Shown in pieces: positions 13,331 through 26,039 of a stretch of 64,000 bases of DNA. The translations under genes and the position numbers were made by a program. The notes beneath the pieces are model-generated. The model ran no database searches and was not told the DNA's origin. It saw nothing but the letters and a program-made list of their open reading frames with translations. Position 1 is the first letter of the stretch. Every line of letters begins with the position of its first letter. The stretch is from Narcine bancroftii (Eukaryota): assembly GCF_036971445.1 (NCBI RefSeq), contig NC_091471.1, positions 366,482,001 through 366,546,000 of the forward strand, in the 5' to 3' direction.

Positions 13331-14052
13331 GCATGAGGCCGGTCACCTTGTTCTTCTTGGGCACTAATAGAATGGATCAGAGTTGGAGAGGTCACGGCCC
13401 TCAAACCTGCCCCATTATGTCCTCAAATTCCCATCTACACGTAGTAACAATTACAAAATATTATTGACATTATCACGAGGAAGGACCTGAAATAGTTTAT
13501 TGAAATAATAGAATTTATAGAGGCAGCATATTAAAAATGAATTAAATTATATAAAAACCATATAAATTTCAGGTCCATGCTCTGTGACTTCACTGAGGAT
13601 GTTGAGGGAATAGTTAGTGTAGTAATGATGAGAAGAGTATAGGTTGATTTGGTGGATTAATTTAAACATACTAATGCCTGGTTCCATTATTACCTTTGAA
13701 TATAATGGACAACAAATTTTTTCAAAAGGTTTCCTTCCTGAAAAAAAATTGGGGATTATGATAGACAACTTCAAGATGAACTCAGATAATTTCAGATTTG
13801 CTGTATCACGTAGGAAGTTTGAGAAACATTAAATGAACTTTTATTGAATTTAGCCTGTTTAATCGCATAATGATGCTGACACGTTGCGTTAGTTCAACTG
13901 ACCTAAAAATGTTTTGTTGCTGATTTTTGTTTGTACTCGGTCTCTCTTATCAGTGTCCAACATTGATGGATTCTATTTGCCCTGATACTGCTTTTCCATG
14001 GTTGCAATGTCCTGGTGAAAATTTTCACCACCATTGTCACTTACTCACCCAG

Positions 14053-14342
14053 TGTGGTGGTCCACCACCAGCCTACTGCAGGGGGCAACCTCTGTACCTG
14101 CAGGAGTGTAAGGGGACAGGACAACACCTGGCCGGCTGCCAATCAGTCGGCCTGAGTGGATCAAGCCCCACCCGGTCGGGTGTCAATCACCCTCCGGGAT
14201 ATAAGCTTGTGCCGGCTTCCCGAGGTCTCACTTAGAGTTGCTGCAGCCACAGCCAGCCTGGCTCTGTGGAAGTCTTTGTGGGTTAAAGCCTGTTGTACAG
14301 TCTTTACCTTGTGTGTGTCTGATTTTGGCTAACAGCGTGACA
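14053..14342 (+). mobile_element. Solo LTR-like element
   Basis: TG...CA ends, CCAAT, a gatataag TATA-like box and a gttaaa polyA-like signal. A related copy lies at ~31027-31279. No clear TSD. Confidence 0.55.
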
Positions 14343-15339
14343 TGTTGCACTTCATTGTTTTGACTGCTTGAAATAGATCTAAACTATGACTGAAAATCAC
14401 AAAAACAGGTTATATACAAAAAACAGTATGTGATAGGAGATTTTTTTTAAGGTGATTTTCATGATCAGCTGCCCTAAATCCATAAAATACTCCCAAAAGT
14501 GTTCTGGAAGCAAAATCTTTGTTGTCCAGTGCTATCTATACAGTTATTGCACAGGAAAACAGCTTACTCCTATAAACAATGAGTGAAAAAAAGACAATTG
14601 TGCTTTTGATGGCATATTTGAGGAAGGAATGGTAGCCAAGCATAGGAAAAGCACCCCAATTAACAGTATTGTAATTCTATAACCATAATCGTGCAACTAA
14701 AGCTCAAGACCTTTAGTCTGAAGTTGCACATGAAGATTAATTCAAAGTGTTACTGTGCACCATTAGGCCTATTTCTGTCCCAGGCAGCACACAAAATGGG
14801 GTTTATTCTTAGGTTAGAAATAGTCTCTTGTTTGCTATGGGGTATAAATTAAAAACAGAGAACTAACATTAAGGTCTGGATTAAGGTTGTTACTATGCTT
14901 TAGACCCCCTTAGTTTAAAGACTGGGTTCCAGTTTTGAGGATTAGCTGTTAACATTTTCTGTGATCACTGTGGCTGGTTTACTCCTTCCTGATTTTTGCT
15001 GTTTTTAATTTGTATAATAGCAGAGAATGATTATTGTTCAGAACATCATATAGCCTTATCATTAACCTCCTTGTGATGCTCAGAAATTAATGGTTAGTTA
15101 TTAAATATTGTGGTCAGAATTGTTGCTGCCTTTTCCTGATGTTCTAGATAGTTTCAAATCTCTGAGGTAATTCTCCCACCCAGTTGGTTCATCAATAAAA
15201 ATGGAGAAACACTAATCCTCTACAAACTAAATGAACTGCAAAGAGGAATCGTGTAAGCCTTCGAAATAACATTAAACTGACAAAGCCAAGTGTTTACTTA
15301 GTAATGTGCCATGGAAATTACAGCAAGAGATTATAGGCA

Positions 15340-16350
15340 AAGGGGGCATTCAGTGCAAGGTTAGGGATGCAATGTTACAAGTGTACGAGACAGCAATGAG
15401 ACCACACCTGGAATATTGTGTATAGTTCTGGTCACCACACTATAGGAAGGATGTGAGTAAGCTAGAGAGGTTGCAGAATAGTCCCAAAGTTATTGGCAGG
15501 ACTGAGCGGCTCGAGTTACAAGGAGAGATGGAATAAAGTTTTTTTCCTGAAATGAGGGTGATCTAACTAAAAGGTGTATGAGGGGGCCTGAATTAGGTGG
15601 GTGGTCACAGCCTTGCTCCTGTGGGAGGCGAGTCTAAAATTTGAGGGCATAGATTTGATGCAAGAGAGGAAAGATTTAAAGAAAACCTGAGGAGTAGATT
15701 TTTTCCACAGAAGTTGGAGGGCATATGAAATGAGCTGCCAGAGGAAATGGAAGAGACAATAACAATTTTACAAGACATTTGGACAGGTTCATTGATAGGA
15801 AAGGTTTACAGGGAGATGGCCAAATGTTGGCAAATAGGACTTGCTCACAAAAGCACTTTGGTTGGCTTGGACAATTTGGGCCAAAAGCTCCATTTCCATG
15901 CTGTGTGACTCTATGACGACCTTACTGTGAATATTTTCTGCACCCTCTCTAGTTTAATGTCATCATTGCACCTAATTCCCCAAGAATGGCCGAACCAACG
16001 ATTTGTACAAGTGTAACATGATGTCTCCACTCTTGTGTCGATGATGGTAAGCCCACCTTATGCCTTCTTCACCACTCCGTTGAATTGTGTTGCAATTTTC
16101 AGGGAACTTGTACCTCAAGGTCTCTGTATTCAACCACGTTCCTTTGGACCCTGACATTCATTATGTATGTCCTGCCCTGGCCCAACGACCTAAAAATGCC
16201 TCGCTTTTCACTTGTTCAAGTTAAATTCCATTTGCCATTCCCTTGTTCTAACCTGAGACAACCTTCTTCAGTATCAACTCTACCACTGGCTCTGTGTCTT
16301 CAACAAGTTTACTAATCATGCTCCAACATTATCTTATAGATCATTAATAT
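15340..16350. mobile_element. Two CR1-like LINE remnants arranged tail-to-tail
   Basis: A plus-strand segment (accacacctggaatattgtgtatagttctggtcaccacac...ctgtgtgactctatgac) is followed by a minus-strand segment (LYKSLVRP). Confidence 0.65.
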
Positions 16351-18119
16351 AAACAGTATTTATAACAAAGAATAGGATAAGCATAGAAGTTGCTGAATTA
16401 ATTTTTTAAATTTTAATTGCTTGATTTGCATTATTTTGGCTATGTATTTGTGATTATAGAGCACCCTAGAATCATAGAAGCAAACAGGTCAGAAACACTC
16501 ATCCATATGATGCCTTTTTAAAATTGAGGACGTGCTGAGTTCAGAATCTAAACTAAGATAAGGGCATCATATATGCACAGTGGATCAGTCTTCCAAGCTG
16601 CATTGTGAGCAGTAAAGTGCAAATAAATCAAGAGAGTTTTTGGATTACTGGATTGGAAGAAGTAAGGTGTTTTTGCTTGAAAAGCAGAGAGGGTCTTGAT
16701 GGAAATGGAAGCATGAACCAGAGAGTGGCAAATGGGATGATACCTTTGGACTTCTGAAAGGCAAGGAAAAGATGTGGCTTGTGGTGCTACAGCCTGGAAA
16801 AAGTTTTTAAAAAATTAAGATTGCATGCCTCGGTGACCTTGATGACCATTTGATGTATTATCCAGTGGGTCTATGTATAAAATCAAAAAGTTATTTTTGA
16901 AAAGTTATAACTGAGCAATAAATCTATAAATCTAAGTGTGGTCTAACCCACACTTTGCATAGCTGAATCATGAGGTCCCACATTTTGTACTCTATTGATT
17001 TTTAATAAAATATCGGGAGTAAAGATGCTGGGTATGAGGGGAAGGGTTAGTATTCCCAAAGTTAACCATAAAAACAGCTATTGAGAGTTTACTTTGGAGT
17101 CACTGTTTATATTTCTGCCATTCCTGTTGCTATGGTTGAGGCAAGTTAAGTTTTAAGTATTTCTCTTACCTCTTCAGTCCTTTTACTGTGTTAATGCATT
17201 ATGTAAACATCTGTTATCGAGTTGTGGAAACATAAGTCATACAGCATAGAACAGGACCTTCGGTCCAGCTCATCCTTTCCAACCAAGTTGACATTCTGGG
17301 CTAGTTCTATTTGTCTGCATTTGGTTCATATCCTTCTCAACCCTTCCTATCCATGAATCTGTCCGAATGCCTTTTGAACATTGTAATTATGCTTTTGACA
17401 GCTCATTCCAGATGTGGATTGCCCACTGAGTAAAAAGGTGGCCTCGGATCCCTCTGAAGTATATTCCCATTCACCTTAAACCTATGCCTTTTCCTTCTAG
17501 AACAGTAGTTTTCAATTTTTTTTCTTTCCACTCGCATACCATGTTAGGTAACCCCTTACTAATCACAGAGCACCTATGATATAGGGATTACTTCTACTTT
17601 GGAAAAATAAAGACTCTATTTACTTTATCCACATCCTCATACTTTTGTCAACCTCCTTAAAATCACCCTTGGATCTAAAGTCTCAGCCGAGCTAACCTCC
17701 CCTGAAACTCAAGCCCTCTGATCCTGGAAACTCTATGGTGAATCACCTCTACATCACTTCCAATTTATTGATGTCCTTCTGCTAGATGGACGGCTTTGAC
17801 ACTTTGCATAGCTGAATCACGAGGTTCCAACTTCTGAACTCTATACCCTGCCCATGAAAGGCAAGTGGGCTAAATGTCTTCTTCACCATCTGGTCGTCTT
17901 AATTTCACACTTTCAAGGAACTCTGCACCCCCACCCCAAGGTCTCTGCTCTCCATTCACTGTGCAAGTTCTGCCCTGGTTTCCAAACGGCTACACCTGAC
18001 ACTTGTCAGCTATATTCCATTTGCCACTCCCTGATCTCGATCCTGGAATAAATGTCGATATTTTTCATTACTATTCGCGATGTCACCAAATTTTGTGTCA
18101 CTTGCTATTGTGTTACATT

Positions 18120-19230
18120 GGCCATGAAAGACCCCAACAATGAAGACGCTGTTTACATCCGGTACCGCACGGATGGCAGTCTCTTCAATCTGAGGCGCCT
18201 GCAAGCTCACACCAAGACACAAGAGAAACTTGTCCGTGAACTACTCTTTGCAGATGATGCCGCTTTAGTTGCCCATTCAGAGCCAGCTCTTCAGCGCTTG
18301 ACGTCCTGCTTTGCGGAAACTGCCAAAATGTTTGGCCTGGAAGTCAGCCTGAAGAAAACTGAGGTCCTCCATCAGCCAGCTCCCCACCATGACTACCAGC
18401 CCCCCCACATCTCCATCGGGCACACAAAACTCAAAACGGTCAACCAGTTTACCTATCTCGGCTGCACCATTTCATCAGATGCAAGGATCGACAATGAGAT
18501 AGACAACAGACTCGCCAAGGCAAATAGCGCCTTTGGAAGACTACACAAAAGAGTCTGGAAAAACAACCAACTGAAAAACCTCACAAAGATAAGCGTATAC
18601 AGAGCCGTTGTCATACCCACACTCCTGTTCATGGGTCCTCTACCGGCACCACCTACGGCTCCTAGAACGCTTCCACCAGCGTTGTCTCCGCTCCATCCTC
18701 AACATCCATTGGAGCGCTCACACCCCTAACGTCGAGGTACTCGAGATGGCAGAGGTCGACAGCATCGAGTCCACGCTGCTGAAGATCCAGCTGCGCTGGA
18801 TGGGTCACGTCTCCAGAATGGAGGACCATCGCCTTCCCAAGATCGTATTATATGGCGAGCTCTCCACTGGCCACCGTGACAGAGGTGCACCAAAGAAAAG
18901 GTACAAGGACTGCCTAAAGAAATCTCTTGGTGCCTGCCACATTGACCACCGCCAGTGGGCTGATAACGCCTCAAACCGTGCATCTTGGCGCCTCACAGTT
19001 TGGCGGGCAGCAGCCTCCTTTGAAGAAGACCGCAGAGCCCACCTCACTGACAAAAGGCAAAGGAGGAAAAACCCAACACCCAACCCCAACCCACCAATTT
19101 TCCCTTGCAACCGCTGCAATCGTGTCTGCCTGTCCCGCATCGGACTGGTCAGCCACAAACGAGCCTGCAGCTGACGTGGACTTTTTACCCCCTCCATAAA
19201 TCTTCGCCCGCGAAGCCAAGCCAAAGAAGA
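18120..19230 (+). mobile_element. 5'-truncated RTE LINE (RT C-terminal half)
   Basis: Motifs ELLFADDAAL, FTYLG and a C-terminal CxxC..H. TSD acattggc at 18115-18122 and 19230-19237. An 11-nt deletion (ggctccgaatc) relative to the 43.4 kb copy causes a frameshift. Confidence 0.95.
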
Positions 19231-19234
19231 CATT

Positions 19235-19360
19235 GGCTCCGATTGCTCAGTGGTTGGAGCCCTGGTCTTGTAAACCAGAGGTTGAGAGTTCATTCCTGTT
19301 GGGACCTCATTTCTGTGAGGGGCGCTTGACCGAGGGGCGACTCTCCGTCTTCCTGAAGGA
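19235..19360 (+). mobile_element. tRNA-Thr(TGT)-derived SINE or tRNA pseudogene
   Basis: 19235-19307 (ggctccgattgctcagtggttggagccctggtcttgtaaaccagaggttgagagttcattcctgttgggacct) resembles vertebrate tRNA-Thr. Anticodon arm ctggt-ctTGTaa-accag is intact, A and B boxes are recognisable, and the acceptor and T stems are mismatched. Confidence 0.75.
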
Positions 19361-20696
19361 AGACCGTATTCACAAGCATTGTAAATGTGGAACGACGTAA
19401 AGGACGGTGATTAGGACCCAGTGGAGCCGACTCCGACGACTGACGTACAATCATTAGTCTGAATAAGAGCAGCAGAGCATCGCAGGATCCTACCGAATGA
19501 CGTTGTGATCCCAAGGCATCCCGACAAGGTAAAGACTTGCGAACATGAATAGGGGGATTGGATTATAGATGCTTTAAGAGGCATTATGTGGAGAATGTAT
19601 TGCACGTCATCATTCTCTTTCAGAAGATGATTGTTTTTATGTGCACACGACCCTCAAGTTGGAGACCAAATTGGGTCATCTATTGAATGTGCATCCATTC
19701 CCAATTTAAGAGCATTCCTTCTTTTGTTTCGAACAGTATTAATCATTCCCAGAACATGAGGATACGTTGGCCCGATGTAGGGGTTCAGGCATCAATTTAA
19801 AGCTGGGGATGGATTCAGGAAATAAAAACTTGGCGACGGAGACTATTAGTGAACATATTGAGTAGAAAGTGTAGGGTTATGGTGACAAAGCGCGCAACGT
19901 GCGTATCTAGAACAAATGGCGATGTGCTGTCGAAGGCGAGTTGTTCATGAAAACCCTGCACTTCTGGTTCAACTCTGCATGTTTTGGGGGCCCAATGTCT
20001 ACAGGTGATTGAGGAAGGAAACACGCATTTAATGAAGCGCCCAGCTCTTTAAATTTCATCGTATTCCACCTTGTGGCGTTCTCCTCCTTGAACCACAATC
20101 TTTTTCTCGACAAACTTTGTTACGTACTTTTTCTTCTCTCTCTCCCCTCCAGCGCATTGAAAATCTACTGGGCGAACTCTTCGAACGGCCTGATCTTCTC
20201 TTAAATGCAGTCTATTTCATAGTTCACTGCCTTGCAGTTCTTTCGAGGCATCTATTCGCCTACTGATAGTAAATGCGAATTGCATGCTAAATTGTATAGG
20301 CCACGGGCTACCCATATCCGATCAAGCATTTATTTTGCTCCATGAACACCGGTGCTAAATTAAAATCCCCGCCCTGTCTGGAAACTCCATCATCAACTCG
20401 TGCTTTTAATCGGCCTGGACGGATTAAGATTCCAGGCATGTGTGGCGGAGATGGAGCAGCACTTTTCCGATGAAGAATTCGGGTTCACTGCCTGCTTCAT
20501 TCCGGAAAGGTGTGGGTGGGGAAGGTGGGTGTCTTGAATCTGAGCGCTGGAGTGAACCAGGGCCCGGGGCTAATCTACCGATCGCCGGTCAACAGTCACA
20601 TCCTTATTTTGCGGCGACCCTGGCGTTCGTGGATCACGTCTCTCACGTCCCTCATGCAGTGGCTTTGTGACACCCACTTCCTCTTTCAGCGGCTCA
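19310..20696. promoter_or_regulatory. CpG-rich putative promoter region (left part)
   Basis: CpG density visibly higher than the flanks. GC box ccccgccc at 20367-20374. RCGTG cores at 19603-19607, 19897-19901, 20635-20639 and 20644-20648. Confidence 0.45.
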
Positions 20697-23600
20697 CTCT
20701 CTCCATCCCCCCCTCTCTCCATCCCCCCTCTCTCCATCCCCCCCCTCTCTCCATCCCCCCCTCTCTCCATCCCCCCCTCTCCCATCCCCCCCTCTCTCCA
20801 TCCCCCCCTCTCTCCATCCCCCCCTCTCTCCATCCCCCCCTCTCTCCATCCCCCCTCTCTCCATCCCCCCCTCTCTCCATCCCCCCCTCTCTCCATCCCC
20901 CCCTCTCTCCATCCCCCCCTCTCTCCATCCCCCCCTCTCNNNNNNNNNNNNNNNNNNNNNNNNNNNNNNNNNNNNNNNNNNNNNNNNNNNNNNNNNNNNN
21001 NNNNNNNNNNNNNNNNNNNNNNNNNNNNNNNNNNNNNNNNNNNNNNNNNNNNNNNNNNNNNNNNNNNNNNNNNNNNNNNNNNNNNNNNNNNNNNNNNNNN
21101 NNNNNNNNNNNNNNNNNNNNNNNNNNNNNNNNNNNNNNNNATCCCCCCCTCTCTCCATCCCCCCCTCTCTCCATCCCCCCCTCTCTCCATCCCCCCCTCT
21201 CTCCATCCCCCCCTCTCTCCATCCCCCCCCTCTCCATCCCCCCCCTCTCCATCCCCCCTCTCTCCATCCCCCCCTCTCTCCATCCCCCCCTCTCTCCATC
21301 CCCCCCTCTCTCCATCCCCCCCTCTCTCCATCCCCCCCTCTCTCCATCCCCCCCTCTCTCCATCCCCCCCTCTCTCCATCCCCCCCTCTCTCCATCCCCC
21401 CCTCTCTCCATCCCCCCCTCTCTCCATCCCCCCCTCTCTCCATCCCCCCCTCTCTCCATCCCCCCCTCTCTCCATCCCCCCCTCTCTCCATCCCCCCCTC
21501 TCTCCATCCCCCCCTCTCTCCATCCCCCCTCTCTCCATCCCCCCCTCTCTCCATCCCCCCCTCTCTCCATCCCCCCCTCTCTCCATCCCCCCCTCTCTCC
21601 ATCCCCCCCTCTCTCCATCCCCCCCTCTCTCCATCCCCCCCTCTCTCCATCCCCCCCTCTCTCCATCCCCCCTCTCTCCATCCCCCCCTCTCTCCATCCC
21701 CCCCTCTCTCCATCCCCCCCTCTCTCCATCCCCCCCTCTCTCCATCCCCCCCTCTCTCCATCCCCCCTCTCTCCATCCCCCCCTCTCTCCATCCCCCCCT
21801 CTCTCCATCCCCCCCTCTCTCCATCCCCCCCTCTCCATCCCCCCCTCTCTCCATCCCCCCCCTCTCTCCATCCCCCCCTCTCTCCATCCCCCCCTCTCTC
21901 CATCCCCCCCTCTCTCCATCCCCCCCTCTCTCCATCCCCCCCTCTCTCCATCCCCCCCTCTCTCCATCCCCCCCTCTCTCCATCCCCCCCTCTCTCCATC
22001 CCCCCTCTCTCCATCCCCCCCTCTCTCCATCCCCCCCTCTCTCCATCCCCCCCTCTCTCCATCCCCCCCTCTCTCCATCCCCCCCTCTCTCCATCCCCCC
22101 CTCTCTCCATCCCCCCCTCTCTCCATCCCCCCCTCTCTCCATCCCCCCCTCTCTCCATCCCCCCCTCTCTCCATCCCCCCCTCTCTCCATCCCCCCCTCT
22201 CTCCATCCCCCCCTCTCTCCATCCCCCCCTCTCTCCATCCCCCCCTCTCTCCATCCCCCCCTCTCTCCATCCCCCCCTCTCTCCATCCCCCCCTCTCTCC
22301 ATCCCCCCCTCTCTCCATCCCCCCCTCTCTCCATCCCCCCCTCTCTCCATCCCCCCCTCTCTCCATCCCCCCCTCTCTCCATCCCCCCCTCTCTCCATCC
22401 CCCCCTCTCTCCATCCCCCCCTCTCTCCATCCCCCCCTCTCTCCATCCCCCCCTCTCTCCATCCCCCCCTCTCTCCATCCCCCCCTCTCTCCATCCCCCC
22501 CTCTCTCCATCCCCCCCTCTCTCCATCCCCCCCTCTCTCCATCCCCCCCTCTCTCCATCCCCCCCTCTCTCCATCCCCCCCTCTCTCCATCCCCCCCTCT
22601 CTCCATCCCCCCCTCTCTCCATCCCCCCCTCTCTCCATCCCCCCCTCTCTCCATCCCCCCCTCTCTCCATCCCCCCCTCTCTCCATCCCCCCCTCTCTCC
22701 ATCCCCCCCTCTCTCCATCCCCCCCTCTCTCCATCCCCCCCTCTCTCCATCCCCCCCTCTCTCCATCCCCCCCTCTCTCCATCCCCCCCTCTCTCCATCC
22801 CCCCCTCTCTCCATCCCCCCCTCTCTCCATCCCCCCCTCTCTCCATCCCCCCTCTCTCCATCCCCCCCTCTCTCCATCCCCCCCTCTCTCCATCCCCCCC
22901 TCTCTCCATCCCCCCCTCTCTCCATCCCCCCCTCTCTCCATCCCCCCCTCTCTCCATCCCCCCCTCTCTCCATCCCCCCCTCTCTCCATCCCCCCCTCTC
23001 TCCATCCCCCCCTCTCTCCATCCCCCCCCTCTCTCCATCCCCCCCTCTCTCCATCCCCCCCTCTCTCCATCCCCCCCTCTCTCCATCCCCCCCTCTCTCC
23101 ATCCCCCCCTCTCTCCATCCCCCCCTCTCTCCATCCCCCCCTCTCTCCATCCCCCCCTCTCTCCATCCCCCCCTCTCTCCATCCCCCCCTCTCTCCATCC
23201 CCCCCTCTCTCCATCCCCCCCTCTCTCCATCCCCCCCTCTCTCCATCCCCCCCTCTCTCCATCCCCCCCTCTCTCCATCCCCCCCTCTCTCCATCCCCCC
23301 CTCTCTCCATCCCCCCCTCTCTCCATCCCCCCCTCTCTCCATCCCCCCCTCTCTCCATCCCCCCCTCTCTCCATCCCCCCCTCTCTCCATCCCCCCCTCT
23401 CTCCATCCCCCCCTCTCTCCATCCCCCCCTCTCTCCATCCCCCCCTCTCTCCATCCCCCCCTCTCTCCATCCCCCCCTCTCTCCATCCCCCCCTCTCTCC
23501 ATCCCCCCCTCTCTCCATCCCCCCCTCTCTCCATCCCCCCCTCTCTCCATCCCCCCCTCTCTCCATCCCCCCTCTCTCTCTCCACCCCCCCTCTCTCTCT

Positions 23601-24806
23601 CCACCCCCCCTCTCTCTCTCCACCCCCCCTCTCTCTCTCCACCCCCCCCTCTCTCTCTCCACCCCCCCCTCTCTCTCTCCACCCCCCCCTCTCTCTCTCC
23701 ACCCCCCTCTCTCTCTCTCCACCCCCCTCTCTCTCTCTCCNNNNNNNNNNNNNNNNNNNNNNNNNNNNNNNNNNNNNNNNNNNNNNNNNNNNNNNNNNNN
23801 NNNNNNNNNNNNNNNNNNNNNNNNNNNNNNNNNNNNNNNNNNNNNNNNNNNNNNNNNNNNNNNNNNNNNNNNNNNNNNNNNNNNNNNNNNNNNTCTCTCT
23901 CCACCCCCTCTCTCTCTCTCCACCCCCTCTCTCTCTCTCCACCCCCCCTCTCTCTCTCTCTCCACCCCCCCCTCTCTCTCTCTCTCCACCCCCCCTCTCT
24001 CTCTCCACCCCCCCTCTCTCTCTCCACCCCCCCCTCTCTCTCNNNNNNNNNNNNNNNNNNNNNNNNNNNNNNNNNNNNNNNNNNNNNNNNNNNNNNNNNN
24101 NNNNNNNNNNNNNNNNNNNNNNNNNNNNNNNNNNNNNNNNNNNNNNNNNNNNNNNNNNNNNNNNNNNNNNNNNNNNNNNNNNNNNNNNNNNNNNNNNNNN
24201 NNNNNNNNNNNNNNNNNNNNNNNNNNNNNTCTCTCTCCACCCCCCTCTCTCTCTCTCCACCCCCCTCTCTCTCTCTCCACCCCCCTCTCTCTCTCCACCC
24301 CCCTCTCTCTCTCTCCACCCCCCTCTCTCTCTCTCCACCCCCCCTCTCTCTCTCTCCACCCCCCCTCTCTCTCTCTCCACCCCCCCTCTCTCTCTCTCCA
24401 CCCCCCCTCTCTCTCTCTCCACCCCCTCTCTCTCTCCACCCCCTCTCTCTCTCTCCACCCCCTCTCTCTCTCTCCACCCCCTCTCTCTCTCTCCACCCCC
24501 CTCTCTCTCTCTCCACCCCCCCTCTCTCTCTCTCCACCCCCCCTCTCTCTCTCTCCACCCCCCCTCTCTCTCTCTCCACCCCCCCCTCTCTCTCTCTCCA
24601 CCCCCCTCTCTCTCTCTCCACCCCCCTCTCTCTCTCTCCACCCCCCCTCTCTCTCTCCACCCCCCCTCTCTCTCTCTCCACCCCCCCTCTCTCTCTCCAC
24701 CCCCCCTCTCTCTCTCTCCACCCCCCCCTCTCTCTCTCTCCACCCCCCCTCTCTCTCTCTCCACCCCCCTCTCTCTCTCTCCACCCCCCCTCTCTCTCTC
24801 TCCACC
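20697..24806. repeat. Polypyrimidine minisatellite, 16-bp unit ATCCCCCCCTCTCTCC, changing to ~18-22-bp ACCCCCC(CT)nCC variants; contains N gaps
   Basis: Tandem array directly visible. The ~1500-aa ORFs over it are repeat artefacts. Confidence 0.97.
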
Positions 24807-25061
24807 NNNNNNNNNNNNNNNNNNNNNNNNNNNNNNNNNNNNNNNNNNNNNNNNNNNNNNNNNNNNNNNNNNNNNNNNNNNNNNNNNNNNNNNNNNNNNN
24901 NNNNNNNNNNNNNNNNNNNNNNNNNNNNNNNNNNNNNNNNNNNNNNNNNNNNNNNNNNNNNNNNNNNNNNNNNNNNNNNNNNNNNNNNNNNNNNNNNNNN
25001 NNNNNNNNNNNNNNNNNNNNNNNNNNNNNNNNNNNNNNNNNNNNNNNNNNNNNNNNNNNNN

Positions 25062-25660
25062 GGCACCTGATCCCCAGGCTCCAGCACCAAGCTTCGGAAG
25101 GGATGCCGAAATAAATCCCGATGACTGTCCTGAACACACACACACCTCCACCTGGAGGAGCTCGACGGACCAGTCGGCATATGTGGAGGGGGGTGGGGAA
25201 GAGGCACATCAGGACGGAGGGGACCCTACCCGGCTCACGGGAGTTCGAGCAGCAACTTTTGGGCTTTTTTTTTGTTTGCTGCGGTTTCAGCACCGAAAAG
25301 GTTGCAATTGGGCTGTTGATCAGGCCTGAGAAACCAGGTTGGGGAGACTCAAGCAGTCGAGTAAAATGTATTTTCCAAAGATCTTCCAGTTTGTACCGAT
25401 GTCGGGGTCAAATCGTGCCCCTCGCAACCTATTTCGGACATTATTTGTCTGGATTGGCTATTCGTGCTGAAGCGCTGAGCTAATATGCCAACAAAAACAG
25501 TTCGAGATTTAAAGTTCCACCAACACAACTTGATCAAATCTAAAGAAAGTAGATTTTTTTAACAATTCAGGCGAGATTCGCATCGTGAAATTTAATTGGT
25601 TGAAAGATTTTTTTTCGCAAGGTGAAACAGATAATCCGTGTGGTTTCGTTGTAAAAATTG
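25062..25660. promoter_or_regulatory. CpG-rich putative promoter or first-exon region (right part)
   Basis: CpG-rich unique sequence directly after the satellite and gap. CpG density decays downstream, as expected entering a first intron. Confidence 0.35.
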
Positions 25661-26039
25661 TTTTCGTTGGGGATTGGCTTTATTGAATAGCATTCGTGAA
25701 GTATGTGAGTATATTTTGTCAGTTATAGGAGGGTTGTTTAGGTAACTTGCGTTCTTGACCTTTTGTCTTGTCCTTCTGTCTCTAAATCTATCTATGCAGT
25801 TAGACTTGACCTACTGGGAATTTTCTGGCGTGGCTCCAGTTCTTTCCATTTGGCAAAACAATACAGGCTGCAGGTTGCATTTGAAATAGCATTTCACGGA
25901 TTACAGTTCCGTGCTAAGTAGCAATGTTGTTTATTAATTTAAAAAGAAATATAAACTATTCTGTAATTGGCCAGTGGTATTTTTAGAGATCATTGAGGTA
26001 GTTAAGGAATAAACTGTAGAGTTTTATTAATTCCCACCC

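Noticed and set aside
19235-19307. Functional tRNA-Thr gene
   Set aside because: The acceptor and T stems are mismatched, there is an extra base near the 5' end, and a SINE-like body follows.
20697-24806. CRISPR-like array
   Set aside because: No unique spacers and no cas genes; this is a eukaryotic tandem repeat.
20510-25293. Five ORFs of ~1500 aa (Pro/Ser/Leu-rich or Gly/Glu/Arg-rich)
   Set aside because: They are translations of a stop-free satellite and N gaps, open in nearly all frames.
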